Shown: positions 25,177-40,607 of the stretch, piece by piece | Layout of the letters: each line of letters opens with the position of its first letter | Numbering within the stretch: position 1 is the first letter of the stretch | From: Kiloniellales bacterium | GTDB taxonomy: Bacteria; Pseudomonadota; Alphaproteobacteria; Kiloniellales; JAKSBE01 | NCBI GenBank assembly: GCA_022361275.1 | Contig: JAKSBE010000301.1 | Coordinates: forward strand, 1-60,498 | Length of the DNA stretch: 60,498 bases | Reading direction: 5' to 3' | Made by a program: the position numbers and the translations under genes | Notes under the pieces: model-generated | Database searches by the model: none | The model's input: only the letters and a program-made list of their open reading frames with translations | Told to the model about the DNA's origin: nothing

Positions 25177-25694
25177 CTAACCGTCGTCGCGCGGATCGGC
25201 ACAGCGGGCGCGGACGTGCGCGGCGACTCGCGGGCTGACGAAGCTGCTGATGTCGCCGCCCAGCACGGCGATCTCCTTGACCAGGCGCGAGGCGATGAAC
25301 TGCTGGCGCTCGGAGGCGGTGAGGAAGACCGTCTCGACCCCGGGGTCCAGGCGGGCGTTCATGGAGGCCATCTGGAACTCGTACTCGAAGTCCGAGACCG
25401 CCCGCAGGCCGCGGACGATGACCCGGGCGCCGACCTCCTGGGTGAAGTGCATCAGCAGGTTGCGGAAGGAGCGGACCTCGACCCGGGCGTCGTTGGTCTC
25501 GAGAACGTCCAGCTCCTCGCGGACCATCTGCACCCGCTCGTCGATGGAGAACAGCGGCCCCTTGCCGGCGTTGTGGGCGACCGCGACGATCAGATGGTCG
25601 ACCACGCGCGTGGCGCGCGAAATGATGTCCATGTGGCCGAAGGTGATCGGGTCGAAGGTGCCCGGATAGACGCCGACAAGAGGCTCGCGCTGGG

Positions 25695-25698
<4 letters not shown>
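25177..25698 (-). CDS. coaD: Phosphopantetheine adenylyltransferase
   Basis: 173 aa. [22 protein letters not shown] (T/HxGH motif) ...[15 protein letters not shown]...ISSFVSPRV. Its start overlaps the gyrA stop (ATGA). Confidence 0.9.
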
Positions 25699-28445
<2,747 letters not shown>

Positions 28446-28677
28446 GAAGTCTTTTCCTGATGGCTTATGCGAAGGTCGAAGAACTGCCCCCGGGCAGGTT
28501 CCGATGATCGCGACACGGCGCTGTTGGGAGGCCGCACCGCAAGGGGATGACCGGCTGGTTTATAGCAGTTGCCGCAGGTGCGAACAATGGCCGAGCCGCG
28601 CCCGGACAGCACCCGCAGACCTTTGATTCAACGGCAAATTCTTGAGCCACCGCGCACCCTTTCGCGGGCCATGACGG

Positions 28678-29829
28678 TCACCCGTCACGCAGGCGCGAAT
28701 CGGGGTCCTTGAACTGCTTTGCCAGGGCCAGGGACTGGCGCTGATAGGAGGAGCCGATGCCCTGGCCGTAGACCTGCGCCGGGCGTTCCGTCAGCGGCTC
28801 GTAGAGCAGGCGGCCGACGACCTGGCCGTCCTCCAGGAGGAAGGGCACCTCGTGCGAGCGCACCTCGAGTACCGCCCGGGTGCCCAGGATCTCGCCCTCG
28901 CCGTAGCCGAAGCCGGGGTCGAAGAAGCCGGCGTAATGTGCCCGGTACTCGCCGACCGAGGTGTCGTAGGCGACCATCTCGGCGGCGTAGTCCGGCGGCA
29001 CGCGGATGCGCTCCTTCGAGGCCAGGATGTAGAAGTCGTCCGGGTTCAGGATCAGGCCGCCGGCGCGCGCCGGGATCGGGTCCCAGAAGTCGAGCACCTC
29101 GTAGTGGCGCCGCTTGGCCAGGTCGATGATCGGCGCGTGGCGCTTGGCGCGGTAGCCGACGACCTCGCCCAGGCCGAGGTCCAGCGACATCCAGAGCCCG
29201 CCGGAGATCAAGGGGTCCTCGGGCCGGTCGTCCTCGGCGTAGACCAGCTTGTGCTGTTCGTGCACCTGGGCCAGCAGGGCATCGCCGGGCGCCGGGCCGC
29301 TGCTGATCAGGCGCAGCTGGTTCAAGCGGTCGCCAGCGCGCAGCAGGACGCTGAAGGTGCGCGGCGAGATCTCGGCGTAGAGCGGCCCCCGGTAGCCGGC
29401 CGGGATGTCCTCGAAGGCCCGGCCCCGGTCGGTGATCAGGCGGGCGAAGACGTCGAGGCGCCCGGTGCTGCTCTTCGGGTTGGCGCGGGCCGAGAGCTCC
29501 GGCGGCAGCGCCAGCGACTCCTGTAGGGGCACGATGTAGACGCAACCCCGCTCCAGCACCGCCGGCGTGGTCAGGTCGAGGCGATGCATCTCCAGCGCCG
29601 CGACCCGTGTCATGACGCTGTGCGCCGGCCCGGGCAGGAAGCTCGCCTGCACCCGGTAGGCCTCGGCCCCGATCCTCAGGTCGAGGCTGGCCGGCTGGAC
29701 CTGATCGGCCTCGATCGGCGCCGCGGCGACGATCTGGCCGGTCGCGATCGCCGCCTCGATCCGCTGCGCCGGCAGGATGCCGCGGATCTCGGAGGACGGG
29801 ACGGACTGCTGGAGGCTGGCGCCGGTCAT
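28678..29829 (-). CDS. dcd: 2'-deoxycytidine 5'-triphosphate deaminase, long (two-domain) form
   Basis: 383 aa. ILPAQRIEAAIATGQI..., QPASLDLRIG, ANPKSSTGRLDVFARLITD, and a second dUTPase-like half. This is the pattern I recognise from alphaproteobacterial Dcd annotations. Confidence 0.7.
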   Translation of the reverse strand: MTGASLQQSVPSSEIRGILPAQRIEAAIATGQIVAAAPIEADQVQPASLDLRIGAEAYRVQASFLPGPAHSVMTRVAALEMHRLDLTTPAVLERGCVYIVPLQESLALPPELSARANPKSSTGRLDVFARLITDRGRAFEDIPAGYRGPLYAEISPRTFSVLLRAGDRLNQLRLISSGPAPGDALLAQVHEQHKLVYAEDDRPEDPLISGGLWMSLDLGLGEVVGYRAKRHAPIIDLAKRRHYEVLDFWDPIPARAGGLILNPDDFYILASKERIRVPPDYAAEMVAYDTSVGEYRAHYAGFFDPGFGYGEGEILGTRAVLEVRSHEVPFLLEDGQVVGRLLYEPLTERPAQVYGQGIGSSYQRQSLALAKQFKDPDSRLRDG

Positions 29830-29894
29830 GGCCGCGCGCCTTCCCTCGGCTCCGGCCCTGCGCCGACAACGCGACGTCCCCGCATCCCCCTCAC

Positions 29895-30008
29895 GCTGTC
29901 ATTGCCGGAGCACCCAGGCGCGGCGCTTCGCGCGATCCGGCAATCCAAGGTGCCGCAGCGCTGTGCGGTGGCAGACATGTCTGCCCGGATCAAGTCCGGA
30001 CATGACAG
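29895..30008 (+). repeat. Mosaic REP-like intergenic element, copy D
   Basis: GCTGTCATTGCCGGA...TCCGGCAATCC (9-bp inverted repeat, 29901..29909 with 29936..29944), then TGCCCGGATCAAGTCCGGACATGACAG (29982..30008). Same module order as copy A. Confidence 0.78.
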
Positions 30009-30037
30009 AGGAGAGAACGGCAAGCGTCGGGCGTCCG

Positions 30038-30517
30038 CTAGAACGGGATGTCGTCGTCGAGGTCGCCGGCGCCGCCGCCCGAGGGCGCTCCGCCACCGCC
30101 GCCGAAATCCCGGCCACCGCCGCCGAAGTCCTGGCCGCCGCCGAAGTCACCGCCTCCGCCGCCGCCGCGGCCGTCCAGCATGGTGAGCTCGCCGCGGAAA
30201 CGCTGCAGCACGACCTCGGTGGTATAGCGGTCCTGGCCGTCGCGGTCGGTCCACTTGCGGGTCTGCAACTGGCCCTCGACGTAGATCTTGGAGCCCTTGC
30301 TCAAGTACTTCTCGACCACGTCGACCAGGCGGTCGTTGAAGATCACCACCCGGTGCCACTCGGTACGCTCACGCCGCTCGCCGCTGTTGCGGTCGCGCCA
30401 GCTCTCGCTGGTGGCCAGCGACAGGTTGGCAATCTTGGTGCCGTCGTTGGTCGAGCGGATCTCCGGATCCCGCCCCAGGTTGCCGACCAGAATGACCTTG
30501 TTGACGCTCCCCGCCAT
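30038..30517 (-). CDS. ssb: Single-stranded DNA-binding protein
   Basis: Trimmed to ATG 30517..30515. [42 protein letters not shown]...TEWHRVVIF, a Gly-rich linker, and the acidic tip DLDDDIPF. Confidence 0.95.
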   Translation of the reverse strand: MAGSVNKVILVGNLGRDPEIRSTNDGTKIANLSLATSESWRDRNSGERRERTEWHRVVIFNDRLVDVVEKYLSKGSKIYVEGQLQTRKWTDRDGQDRYTTEVVLQRFRGELTMLDGRGGGGGGDFGGGQDFGGGGRDFGGGGGAPSGGGAGDLDDDIPF

Positions 30518-30651
30518 GTTTCGGCGCTCCTTCCTCGATTCTTTCGCGGACTCTAGCGACCGCATCCGGATCGCGCAAAGACCAACGATCCACAGCCGCC
30601 GAACTTGCATAGCCCTTTGCAGGACGCGCCGGAACCTCCGAGTCGCGACCA

Positions 30652-30666
30652 AGAACATACATAGAA
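30652..30666. promoter_or_regulatory. Alphaproteobacterial SOS (LexA) box GAAC-N7-GAAC
   Basis: GAACATACATAGAAC in the ssb/uvrA divergent gap. It matches the GTTC-N7-GTTC direct-repeat LexA operator described for Alphaproteobacteria. Confidence 0.65.
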
Positions 30667-30838
30667 CATCATACCGCGGCCAAGGCGCTTGCCAAGCCTT
30701 CCAAAAACTCTCCAGCTATGTCAGGAGCTTGGCGCCTGAGCGCCGAGAGCACTCGATTTTGCGGAGGCGATCGCCCATAGTGGGTCGCAATCGGGACCAC
30801 AGCACAGGCGCGCTCAGGGCGACCTCATAGGGTGAAGG

Positions 30839-33727
<2,889 letters not shown>

Positions 33728-33756
33728 GCCCAGGAGGACGCGTCCGGACGGCCGCT

Positions 33757-33802
33757 CCCCCGCCTCTGTCCTCCCCCATCAAGGGGAGGACAGAGGCGGG
33801 GG
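33757..33802. repeat. Perfect 20-bp-stem hairpin 30 nt after uvrA (REP or U-tract-less terminator)
   Basis: CCCCCGCCTCTGTCCTCCCC (33757..33776), loop CATCAA, GGGGAGGACAGAGGCGGGGG (33783..33802). No T-run follows. Confidence 0.6.
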
Positions 33803-34058
33803 ATTGCCCGATACTGCGATCCAAACCGCACGGCCCTGGTCTTGACCCGGCCGTCCATCGAGCGGCCGGCCGGTGGATGGCGGCGAACGCAGCATGGGCC
33901 CGCCCCGGCGACGACGGACAGTGGATGGCAAAGGGTCTGATTCTCGACGCAACGGAGCGCTCCCAAGCGATTGGCCGCCCGCAAGGCCCCACCCATATAA
34001 AGGTTATAAACGGCACGGCGCCCAGAACACTGTGCCGGGAAAAAGCGTGGCGGATCGC

Positions 34059-35306
34059 ATGAACGACTTTCCCGAGGCGGGAGGCCGGACCCCGGGCCGA
34101 CCCGAAACATCCCTTTGCGGCTCGAAGACCCGGCGCCGGGCCATCGTCGACTGGCTCCTGGAGGAGCGCCTGCTGGCGACGCGGCCGACCCTGATCTTCG
34201 ACCAGTTCTGCCGGCGCCTGGTCGAGGCCGGCCTGCCGCTCGACCGCGCGACCTTCCACTCCCCGCAACTGCACCCGCAGATCCGCACCACCGGTATCTT
34301 CTGGCACCGCGAGGCCGGCGGCGCGCAGGAGATCGACGGCGAGCACGGGATCGAGGTCTCGCCGCTCTACATGTCCAGTCCGATCCGGCGGATCTACGAG
34401 GGCAGCGCCGCGATCCACTGCCGGATCGAGCCGGGCGAAGGCAAGCGGGCGTTCCCGATCCTCGAAGACCTGCGCAGCCAGGGCTACCGCGACTACACCA
34501 TCCGGCCGGTGCCCTTCTCGACCGGCCGGATCAACGCCATCAGCTTTGCGACCAAGGACCCGGCCGGCTTCAGCGCGGCCGACATCGAGCTGATCGACGA
34601 CGTGCTCCCGGCCCTGGGCGCGGTGCTGGAGCTGCGCCACCTGCTGCGCACCGCGCGCGGCCTGCTTGACGCCTACGTCGGGCCGCGCACCGGCCGCAAG
34701 ATCCTCAACGGCACGATCAAGCGCGGCGACGGCGAGGAGATCAACGCCGTGCTCTGGTACTGCGACCTGCGCAACTTCACGCGCCTCTCGGAACAGCTGC
34801 CGAAAGAGGAGCTGATCGCCCTGCTGAACGCCTACTTCGAGCAGATGGCCCGCCCCATCGAGGCCCGCGGCGGCGAGATCCTGAAGTTCATCGGCGACGC
34901 CATCCTGGCGATCTTTCCCATCACCGACGGCATGAGCCCCAAGCAGGCCTGCTGCGCCGCCATCGACGCCGCCCTCGAGGCGCTGGAAGGCCTGGAGCGC
35001 CTGAACGAGGGGCGCAAGGCCAAGGGCGAGACGCCGCTGCGCTGCGGTATCGCCCTGCATAAGGACGACGTCATGTACGGCAACATCGGCGCACCCGGGC
35101 GCCTGGACTTCACGGTCATCGGCCCGGCGGTCAACCTGGTGACCCGGATCGAGGACATGACCCGCGAGCTGGATCCGCCGATCGTGTTCTCGCACAAGGT
35201 CGCGGAACGCTGCGGCCGCCCCCATCACTCGCTCGGCCGCCAGGCCTTCAAGGGCATCGACGGCGACTGGGAGGTCTTCACCTTGGCCGACGAGCCGAAA
35301 GCCTGA
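34059..35306 (+). CDS. Soluble class III adenylate/guanylate cyclase with an uncharacterised ~230-aa N-terminal domain
   Basis: Trimmed to ATG 34059. The C-terminal half carries VLWYCDLRNFTRLSE, KFIGDAILAIFP, GIALHKDDVMYGNIGAPGRLDFTVIGPAVNLVTRIE. I do not recognise the N-terminal half (WLLEERLLATRPTLIFDQFCRRLVEAGLPLDRATF...). Confidence 0.75.
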   Translation: MNDFPEAGGRTPGRPETSLCGSKTRRRAIVDWLLEERLLATRPTLIFDQFCRRLVEAGLPLDRATFHSPQLHPQIRTTGIFWHREAGGAQEIDGEHGIEVSPLYMSSPIRRIYEGSAAIHCRIEPGEGKRAFPILEDLRSQGYRDYTIRPVPFSTGRINAISFATKDPAGFSAADIELIDDVLPALGAVLELRHLLRTARGLLDAYVGPRTGRKILNGTIKRGDGEEINAVLWYCDLRNFTRLSEQLPKEELIALLNAYFEQMARPIEARGGEILKFIGDAILAIFPITDGMSPKQACCAAIDAALEALEGLERLNEGRKAKGETPLRCGIALHKDDVMYGNIGAPGRLDFTVIGPAVNLVTRIEDMTRELDPPIVFSHKVAERCGRPHHSLGRQAFKGIDGDWEVFTLADEPKA

Positions 35307-35497
35307 CCCGGCCGGCGTCCAACTGGACCGGATTGTCGCCCGGCCCTCCTCGTCTTCCGCAAGACCGGCAATCGGACCGCGCAAGGGCGCCGCGCCAGTG
35401 CAGGCCTTGCGGTTGACAAGACCGGGCAAAAGGCGCGAAGTCGCGGCCGGCCGTGTGGTCGCGATCGTCGGCGGCCGGGCTGAAGGTGGTGAGAAAC

Positions 35498-36883
35498 ATG
35501 CCCGACAAGACCCTGAATCAGAACATGAAACCGGTCCACGTCGTGGGCGGCGGCTTGGCCGGCAGCGAAGCCGCCTGGCAGATCGCGCGGGCCGGCGTGC
35601 CCGTGGTCCTGCACGAGATGCGGCCCTGCCGCGGCACCGAGGCCCACGTGACCGACGGCCTGGCCGAACTGGTCTGTTCCAACTCCTTCCGCTCCGACGA
35701 CGCCGAGGCCAACGCCGTCGGCCTGCTGCACGAGGAGATGCGGCGCTGCGACTCCCTGATCCTGGCGGCCGGCGACGCCCACAAGGTCCCGGCCGGCGCC
35801 GCCCTGGCGGTCGACCGGGTCGGCTTCTCCGAGACCGTGACCGCGCGCCTGGCGGCCGAGCCCCTGGTCGAGATCCGCCGCGAGGAGGTCGCCGGGCCGC
35901 CGCCCGAGGACTGGGACTCGGTGATCCTGGCGACCGGCCCCCTCACCTCGCCGGCGCTGGCCGCCACCATCGCGGAGCTGACCGGCGAGGACGAGTTGGC
36001 CTTCTTCGACGCCATCGCACCCATCGTCCACCGGGAGTCCATCGGCTTCGACAAGGCCTGGTTCCAGTCGCGCTACGACAAGCCGGGCCCGGGCGGCACC
36101 GGCGCCGACTACATCAACTGTCCGCTCGACCGGGCGCAGTACGAGGCCTTCCTCGACGCCCTGATCGCCGCCGAAAAGACCGAGTTCAAGGACTGGGAGA
36201 AGGACACGCCCTACTTCGAGGGCTGCCTGCCGATCGAGGTCATGGCCGAGCGCGGCCGCGAGACCCTGCGCTACGGCCCGATGAAGCCGGTCGGCCTGAC
36301 CGACCCGCACCGGCCGGAGAAGCCGCACGCCGTGGTCCAGCTGCGCCAGGACAACGCCCTGGGCACGCTGTACAACATCGTCGGCTTCCAGACCAAGCTG
36401 AAGTACGGCGAGCAGACCCGGGTGTTCCGCATGATCCCGGGCCTGGAGAGGGCGGAGTTCGCGCGCCTGGGCGGCATCCACCGCAACACCTTCATCAACG
36501 CGCCCAAGCTGCTCGACCGCGGCTGCCGCCTGAAGGCGCAGCCGCGGCTGCGCTTCGCCGGCCAGATCACCGGCGTCGAGGGCTACGTCGAGAGCGCCGC
36601 TATCGGCCTTCTGACCGGGCGCTTCGCGGCCGCCGAACGCCTCGGCCGGGAGATCGCGGCGCCGCCCCTGACCACCGCGCTGGGCGCCCTGCTGGGCCAC
36701 ATCACCGGCGGCGCCGCGGCCGAGACCTTTCAGCCGATGAACGTCAACTTCGGCCTCTTTCCGCCCCTGCCGAAAGGCCAGGGGCGCCCGCCCAAAGGCC
36801 GTGCCCGCAAGCAGGCCATGAGCCAGCGGGCCCTCGCCGACCTCCAGGCCTGGCTGGGCGGCCTGGCCCAAGCGGCCGAGTAG
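35498..36883 (+). CDS. trmFO: Methylenetetrahydrofolate--tRNA-(uracil54-C5)-methyltransferase TrmFO (Gid)
   Basis: Start ATG 35498 (or 35525). [33 protein letters not shown]...[14 protein letters not shown]...GLLHEEMR...NFGLFPPL. Confidence 0.88.
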   Translation: MPDKTLNQNMKPVHVVGGGLAGSEAAWQIARAGVPVVLHEMRPCRGTEAHVTDGLAELVCSNSFRSDDAEANAVGLLHEEMRRCDSLILAAGDAHKVPAGAALAVDRVGFSETVTARLAAEPLVEIRREEVAGPPPEDWDSVILATGPLTSPALAATIAELTGEDELAFFDAIAPIVHRESIGFDKAWFQSRYDKPGPGGTGADYINCPLDRAQYEAFLDALIAAEKTEFKDWEKDTPYFEGCLPIEVMAERGRETLRYGPMKPVGLTDPHRPEKPHAVVQLRQDNALGTLYNIVGFQTKLKYGEQTRVFRMIPGLERAEFARLGGIHRNTFINAPKLLDRGCRLKAQPRLRFAGQITGVEGYVESAAIGLLTGRFAAAERLGREIAAPPLTTALGALLGHITGGAAAETFQPMNVNFGLFPPLPKGQGRPPKGRARKQAMSQRALADLQAWLGGLAQAAE

Positions 36884-36898
36884 GACGCGGGACCAGGG

Positions 36899-37375
36899 AT
36901 GCTGGAGGGGCTGCGGGAGAGCCTGAAGCGGCGCTCCGCGCGCCAGCGCGACCGCCGCTTCCTGGAGGCGACCATGGCCGCCAGCGCCCTGGTCGCCTAC
37001 GCCGACGGCCAAGTGGACTTCAGCGAACGCATGCGGCTGGACCAGATCCTGGACCAACTGCATCGGCTGCAGGCCTTCGACGCGCAGGATGCAATCAACC
37101 AATTCAACGTGTTGGTCGAGGGCCTTCAGAGCAACCCCGAGCGGGGCCACGCCCGGGCGATGGAGGCCGTCGAGGTCTTCGCCGGCGACAGGGGCTCGGC
37201 CCGGCTGATGGTCCGGGTCGCCTGCCATCTTTGCGTCGCCGACGGCGATTTCAGCGATGCCGAGCAGCGGCGGGTGGCCGAGCTCTGCCTGAAACTCAAG
37301 ATCCGCCCGGAAGACTGCGACCTGGAAGAGATCATCCGGGCCAACAAGGAGCGTCCTTACACCAAGGAGCGCTGA
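36899..37375 (+). CDS. TerB-like (tellurite-resistance TerB family) domain protein
   Basis: 158 aa. LEATMAASALVAYADGQVDFSERMRLDQIL ... MVRVACHLCVADGDFSDAEQRRVAELCLKL shows the two ADG-x-(D/S)xxE repeats typical of TerB-fold proteins. Confidence 0.6.
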   Translation: MLEGLRESLKRRSARQRDRRFLEATMAASALVAYADGQVDFSERMRLDQILDQLHRLQAFDAQDAINQFNVLVEGLQSNPERGHARAMEAVEVFAGDRGSARLMVRVACHLCVADGDFSDAEQRRVAELCLKLKIRPEDCDLEEIIRANKERPYTKER

Positions 37376-37430
37376 CAATGAGCGCGACCATCCCTCGGGA
37401 CCGCCCGCAGGACCCGGTGACCGACGAGAT

Positions 37431-37958
37431 CTATGCCCTCACCTGCGGATCCTCGGCCGCCCGCGGCAGGGCAAAGACATCCCGTTCTCGGCCGTCGGGG
37501 AACATCTCGCGCGCGATCACCTCGCCGCCAAGGCGCAGGACGAGACGACGTGCCGCTTCGTTTCGGTCGTCCATATGGGTCTCGACCAGGTCCCATGTGA
37601 GGACGTCGTAGGCGAAGGCGATCGCGGCACGCGACGCCTCCGTCGCAAGTCCCTGGCCGCGCGCCCCGGGACTCAGCCACCAGGTCAGCTCAGACCTTGG
37701 CCAGCCGTCGGGCCACAAGAGGCCGCAGCCTCCGATCATGCCCCCGTCGGCGCGGCTCTCCAGAGCCCAGATGCCGTAGCCCCTCAGTTGCCAGTGACCG
37801 AGGTCCGAGGCCAATCGCCGCCAGGCCATGTCGGCCCGCAGCGGCCCGCCGTAGAAGTACGACGCCTCCTCGTCCGCGTAGAAGGCCGCGTAGACGGAAA
37901 AATCGTCGTCGCGCGGCGCTCGCATCAGGAGGCGCTCGGTTTCGAGAGTCGGGATCAT
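37431..37958 (-). CDS. GNAT family N-acetyltransferase (RimJ/RimL-like)
   Basis: 175 aa. TERLLMRAPRDDDF..., WWLSPGARGQGLATEASRAAIAFAY. Confidence 0.75.
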   Translation of the reverse strand: MIPTLETERLLMRAPRDDDFSVYAAFYADEEASYFYGGPLRADMAWRRLASDLGHWQLRGYGIWALESRADGGMIGGCGLLWPDGWPRSELTWWLSPGARGQGLATEASRAAIAFAYDVLTWDLVETHMDDRNEAARRLVLRLGGEVIAREMFPDGRERDVFALPRAAEDPQVRA

Positions 37959-37971
37959 ACTGGTACCTCGG

Positions 37972-38838
37972 TCAGTAACGGCCGGTGAGTGCGGCCCAAA
38001 GCAGCCGCCAGGCCCTGCCCGGCTGCGGCGCCTGGAGCCTGGGATCGAAGGGGTCGTGGCCGACCCTCGTCAGGAGCCGCAGGTAGCCACAGGCGAGGCA
38101 GGCGGGCAGCAGCGCCGGGCCGGCGGCCTTGGGCAGGCTGGCGCGGCGCGCGCGGGACTCGCCGAGATGGCGACCGGCTTCGGCCGCGACCCGGGACACG
38201 ACGTCTCGAAGCGCCGCGGAGGAACCGCCGGCGAAGATTTCTTCCGGGCCGAGGCCAGCTTCCGCCAAGAGATCCAGGGGCAGGTGGAGCCGCCGACGCC
38301 GGGCATGAAAGGGGAGTGCGCGGAGCAGCCCGATGTAGGCCCAGGCGATCCCGAGGCCGCGTCCTGCCCGGCGGCCGGTCTCGTCCTTGATCCCCAAGAT
38401 CTCGAGGGCCAGCCAGACCAGGGTCGAGGAGGTCGCCTCGGCGTAGGCCTCCAGCGCCGCCAGGGAGGCCGGCGGCGCCGGCTCCAGGTCGGCCTCCCGG
38501 GCATCGATCAGACGCTCGAAATGGCAGCGGGTCAGGTCGTGCGCGTCCACGGCGCGGGCGAGCGGCGCCACCACCTCGTGGTGGCGCGGCGTGCCGGCAT
38601 AGATCCCCTCGATGGCCTCGCGCCACCATTGCAGCCGAATCCGCCCCAGCATGGCCTCGCTGACGACCTCGGCGGTCTTCGCCACCTCGAGGTTGAAGGC
38701 GTAGAGCGCGAAGAGGTGATCCCGCTTTTCCCGGGGCGCGAAGAGGCTGGTCAGATAGCGGTCGTGATCGTAACGGCGAAGCTCCTCGCCGCAATACCCG
38801 AGCGCGCTACTGGGTCGGATCGCCGCGCCGGCCGCCAT
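37972..38838 (-). CDS. Squalene/phytoene synthase family protein (NDUFAF6-like subgroup common in Alphaproteobacteria)
   Basis: 288 aa. YCGEELRRYDHDRYLTSLFAPREKRDHLFALYAFNLEVAKTAEVVSEAMLGRIRLQWWREAI..., DAREADL, and isoprenoid-synthase-like helices. Confidence 0.72.
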   Translation of the reverse strand: MAAGAAIRPSSALGYCGEELRRYDHDRYLTSLFAPREKRDHLFALYAFNLEVAKTAEVVSEAMLGRIRLQWWREAIEGIYAGTPRHHEVVAPLARAVDAHDLTRCHFERLIDAREADLEPAPPASLAALEAYAEATSSTLVWLALEILGIKDETGRRAGRGLGIAWAYIGLLRALPFHARRRRLHLPLDLLAEAGLGPEEIFAGGSSAALRDVVSRVAAEAGRHLGESRARRASLPKAAGPALLPACLACGYLRLLTRVGHDPFDPRLQAPQPGRAWRLLWAALTGRY

Positions 38839-39041
38839 CCCAAATCCTTGTTCTGCTTGGATCGCAAGCTGTTATCCGCTTCGATACCCTTGGCAAGTCA
38901 AAGCGGAACGCTTAACTTCCCTGGCGAGGTCGCAGGGTCGATTCGGAGTCTGCCACCTGCCAGTTCGTAGCCCTTTTGCCGCGGTGCCTCAAGGTCTCGC
39001 GAGCGCTGTCATGGGCCAAGATTTAAAGCTAGGGGGTTCCA

Positions 39042-39647
39042 ATGGCTGCAATTCTTTCCGATCTGCGGAACACGGTCGTCGCGGGGATCGCGCTGCTCGT
39101 GGCGATCATCATCGTGGTCGGCGCCACGGTCGGCTTTCCATCCTTCGACCACGCCTGGTTCGCCTTCCTGTTCCGCTGGCTGCACGTGCTCAGCGGCGTG
39201 ATGTGGATCGGTCTGCTGTGGTATTTCAACTTCGTCCAGATCCCCAACATGCCCAAGATCCCGGACGAGCAGAAGCCGGCGATCGGCAAGGTGATCGCGC
39301 CGGCGGCGCTGTGGTGGTTCCGCTGGGGCGCCATGGCCACCATCGTCACCGGCTTGATCCTGGCCGCCATGAACGGCTACATCGTCGACGCCATCCTGCT
39401 GGGCACCAGCGACGGCGGCGCCAGCACGGCGATCGGCATCGGCATGTGGCTGGGCACGATCATGTGGTTCAACGTCTGGATGGTCATCTGGCCGAACCAG
39501 AAGCGGGCCCTGGGCATCGTCGAGGCCGACGCCGACACCAAGGCCAAGTCGGCGCGCACCGCGATGCTGTTCTCCCGCACCAACACCTTGCTTTCGATCC
39601 CCATGCTCTACAGCATGGTGGCCGCCCAGAACGGCGGCTTCGCCTGA
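39042..39647 (+). CDS. Integral membrane protein with urate-hydroxylase (PuuD) N-terminal-like domain, tentative
   Basis: 201 aa, 4-5 TM segments. FLFRWLHVLSGVMWIGLLWYFNFVQIP resembles the (F)RWLHVxxGxxWIGxxFYF motif of that membrane domain. No cytochrome c part. Confidence 0.45.
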   Translation: MAAILSDLRNTVVAGIALLVAIIIVVGATVGFPSFDHAWFAFLFRWLHVLSGVMWIGLLWYFNFVQIPNMPKIPDEQKPAIGKVIAPAALWWFRWGAMATIVTGLILAAMNGYIVDAILLGTSDGGASTAIGIGMWLGTIMWFNVWMVIWPNQKRALGIVEADADTKAKSARTAMLFSRTNTLLSIPMLYSMVAAQNGGFA

Positions 39648-39721
39648 CCGCGGCGAACCCTGCGAGAGGTATGGCGGAACGGGGCCTGCGGGCCCCGTTC
39701 TCTTTGCGGCCGCGGCAGCCG

Positions 39722-40164
39722 TCAAGCCTGCGGCACCAAATCCTTTTCCATGTAGAAACGCCGTGGCCCGGCCGGGTAGCGGAGCGTCCCGAAGACCCGG
39801 TAGCCGAGCTTCTCGTAGAAGCGGCGCGCCTGCCAGTCGTAGGTATCCAGGGCGACCCGGGTCACGCCCCGCGCCGCGGCCTCCCGCTCCAGGGCAGCTA
39901 GAAGGCTGCGCCCGAGACCTTCGCCGCGGCGGGCCGGATCGACCCAAAGCCCCCGAACCTCGACCAGGCCCATGTTGAGGATGGCGTGGGCGCCACCGAT
40001 GAGCCGTCCGCCCTGCGCTCGCAGGACCAGGGTGAAGGTCCGGCGGTCCCATCCCAGGGCGAACGGCTCAGGTTCTCGCGCCCCAGCCTGTCGACGAGGC
40101 CGGCAAAGGTGTCGCTGCCGGGTTCCTCGATCTCGATCCTGGGATCCTTCTCGTCCTCGGCCAT
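39722..40164 (-). pseudogene. GNAT acetyltransferase disrupted by an apparent 1-nt deletion
   Basis: The N-terminal ORF (MAEDEKDPRIEIEEPGSDTFAGLVDRLGRENLSRSPWDG...) and the C-terminal ORF (...RRTFTLVLRAQGGRLIGGAHAILNMGLVEVRGLWVDPARRGEGLGRSLLAALEREAAARG...) are consecutive parts of one GNAT in different frames. The switch point is near the GGGA run at 40047..40050. Confidence 0.6.
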
Positions 40165-40186
40165 GCCGCTGAGCCCCCCGGCGCTT

Positions 40187-40567
40187 TCAGTCGACCGCGA
40201 CCAGGGCCGCCGCAGCCGCGCGCCGTTCCATCACCAGGACGTTGAAGGTGCGGCAGGCCGCGGGCGTCGCCATGACGTCGACGCCCAGGCCCCGGTCGCG
40301 CAGCACTTGGCGCAGGCGGGCCGGCAGTGCGAAACCGCGCTCGCCGCTGCCGATGAGCAGGATCTCCGGCCTTTCCGCGGCTTCGAGGAGCGGCTGCAAG
40401 GCGGCCTCGTCGATCTCCGAAGCGGCCGCGACCGGCCAGGACAGGACCCGGTTCTGCAGAAGCAGGATCGACCCACGGTGGCGGGCGCCGGCGACCTCGA
40501 AGCCGCCACTACCGTAGCTCTCGACCAGGAAACGGTCCTTGGGTCCGCTTTCGACGATCTCGACCAT
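40187..40567 (-). CDS. Mth938-like domain protein (DUF498; NDUFAF3-like)
   Basis: 126 aa. VESYGSGGFEVAGARHRGSILLLQNRVLSWPV...PEILLIGSGERGFALPARLRQVLRDRGLGVDVMATPAACRTFNVL. Confidence 0.72.
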   Translation of the reverse strand: MVEIVESGPKDRFLVESYGSGGFEVAGARHRGSILLLQNRVLSWPVAAASEIDEAALQPLLEAAERPEILLIGSGERGFALPARLRQVLRDRGLGVDVMATPAACRTFNVLVMERRAAAAALVAVD

Positions 40568-40607
40568 CGGCCCCGGCCGCGCCCTCCGCTGGTGTGATTC
40601 AACAACT

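Noticed and set aside
30050-30175. Short tandem repeats that might suggest a CRISPR array or VNTR: the ssb Gly-rich region; 55485..55517 in the ABC ATPase; 59560..59760 in the SPOR gene.
   Set aside because: All lie inside coding frames and encode low-complexity linkers ([28 protein letters not shown]). There is no repeat-spacer organisation or cas genes anywhere in the window.
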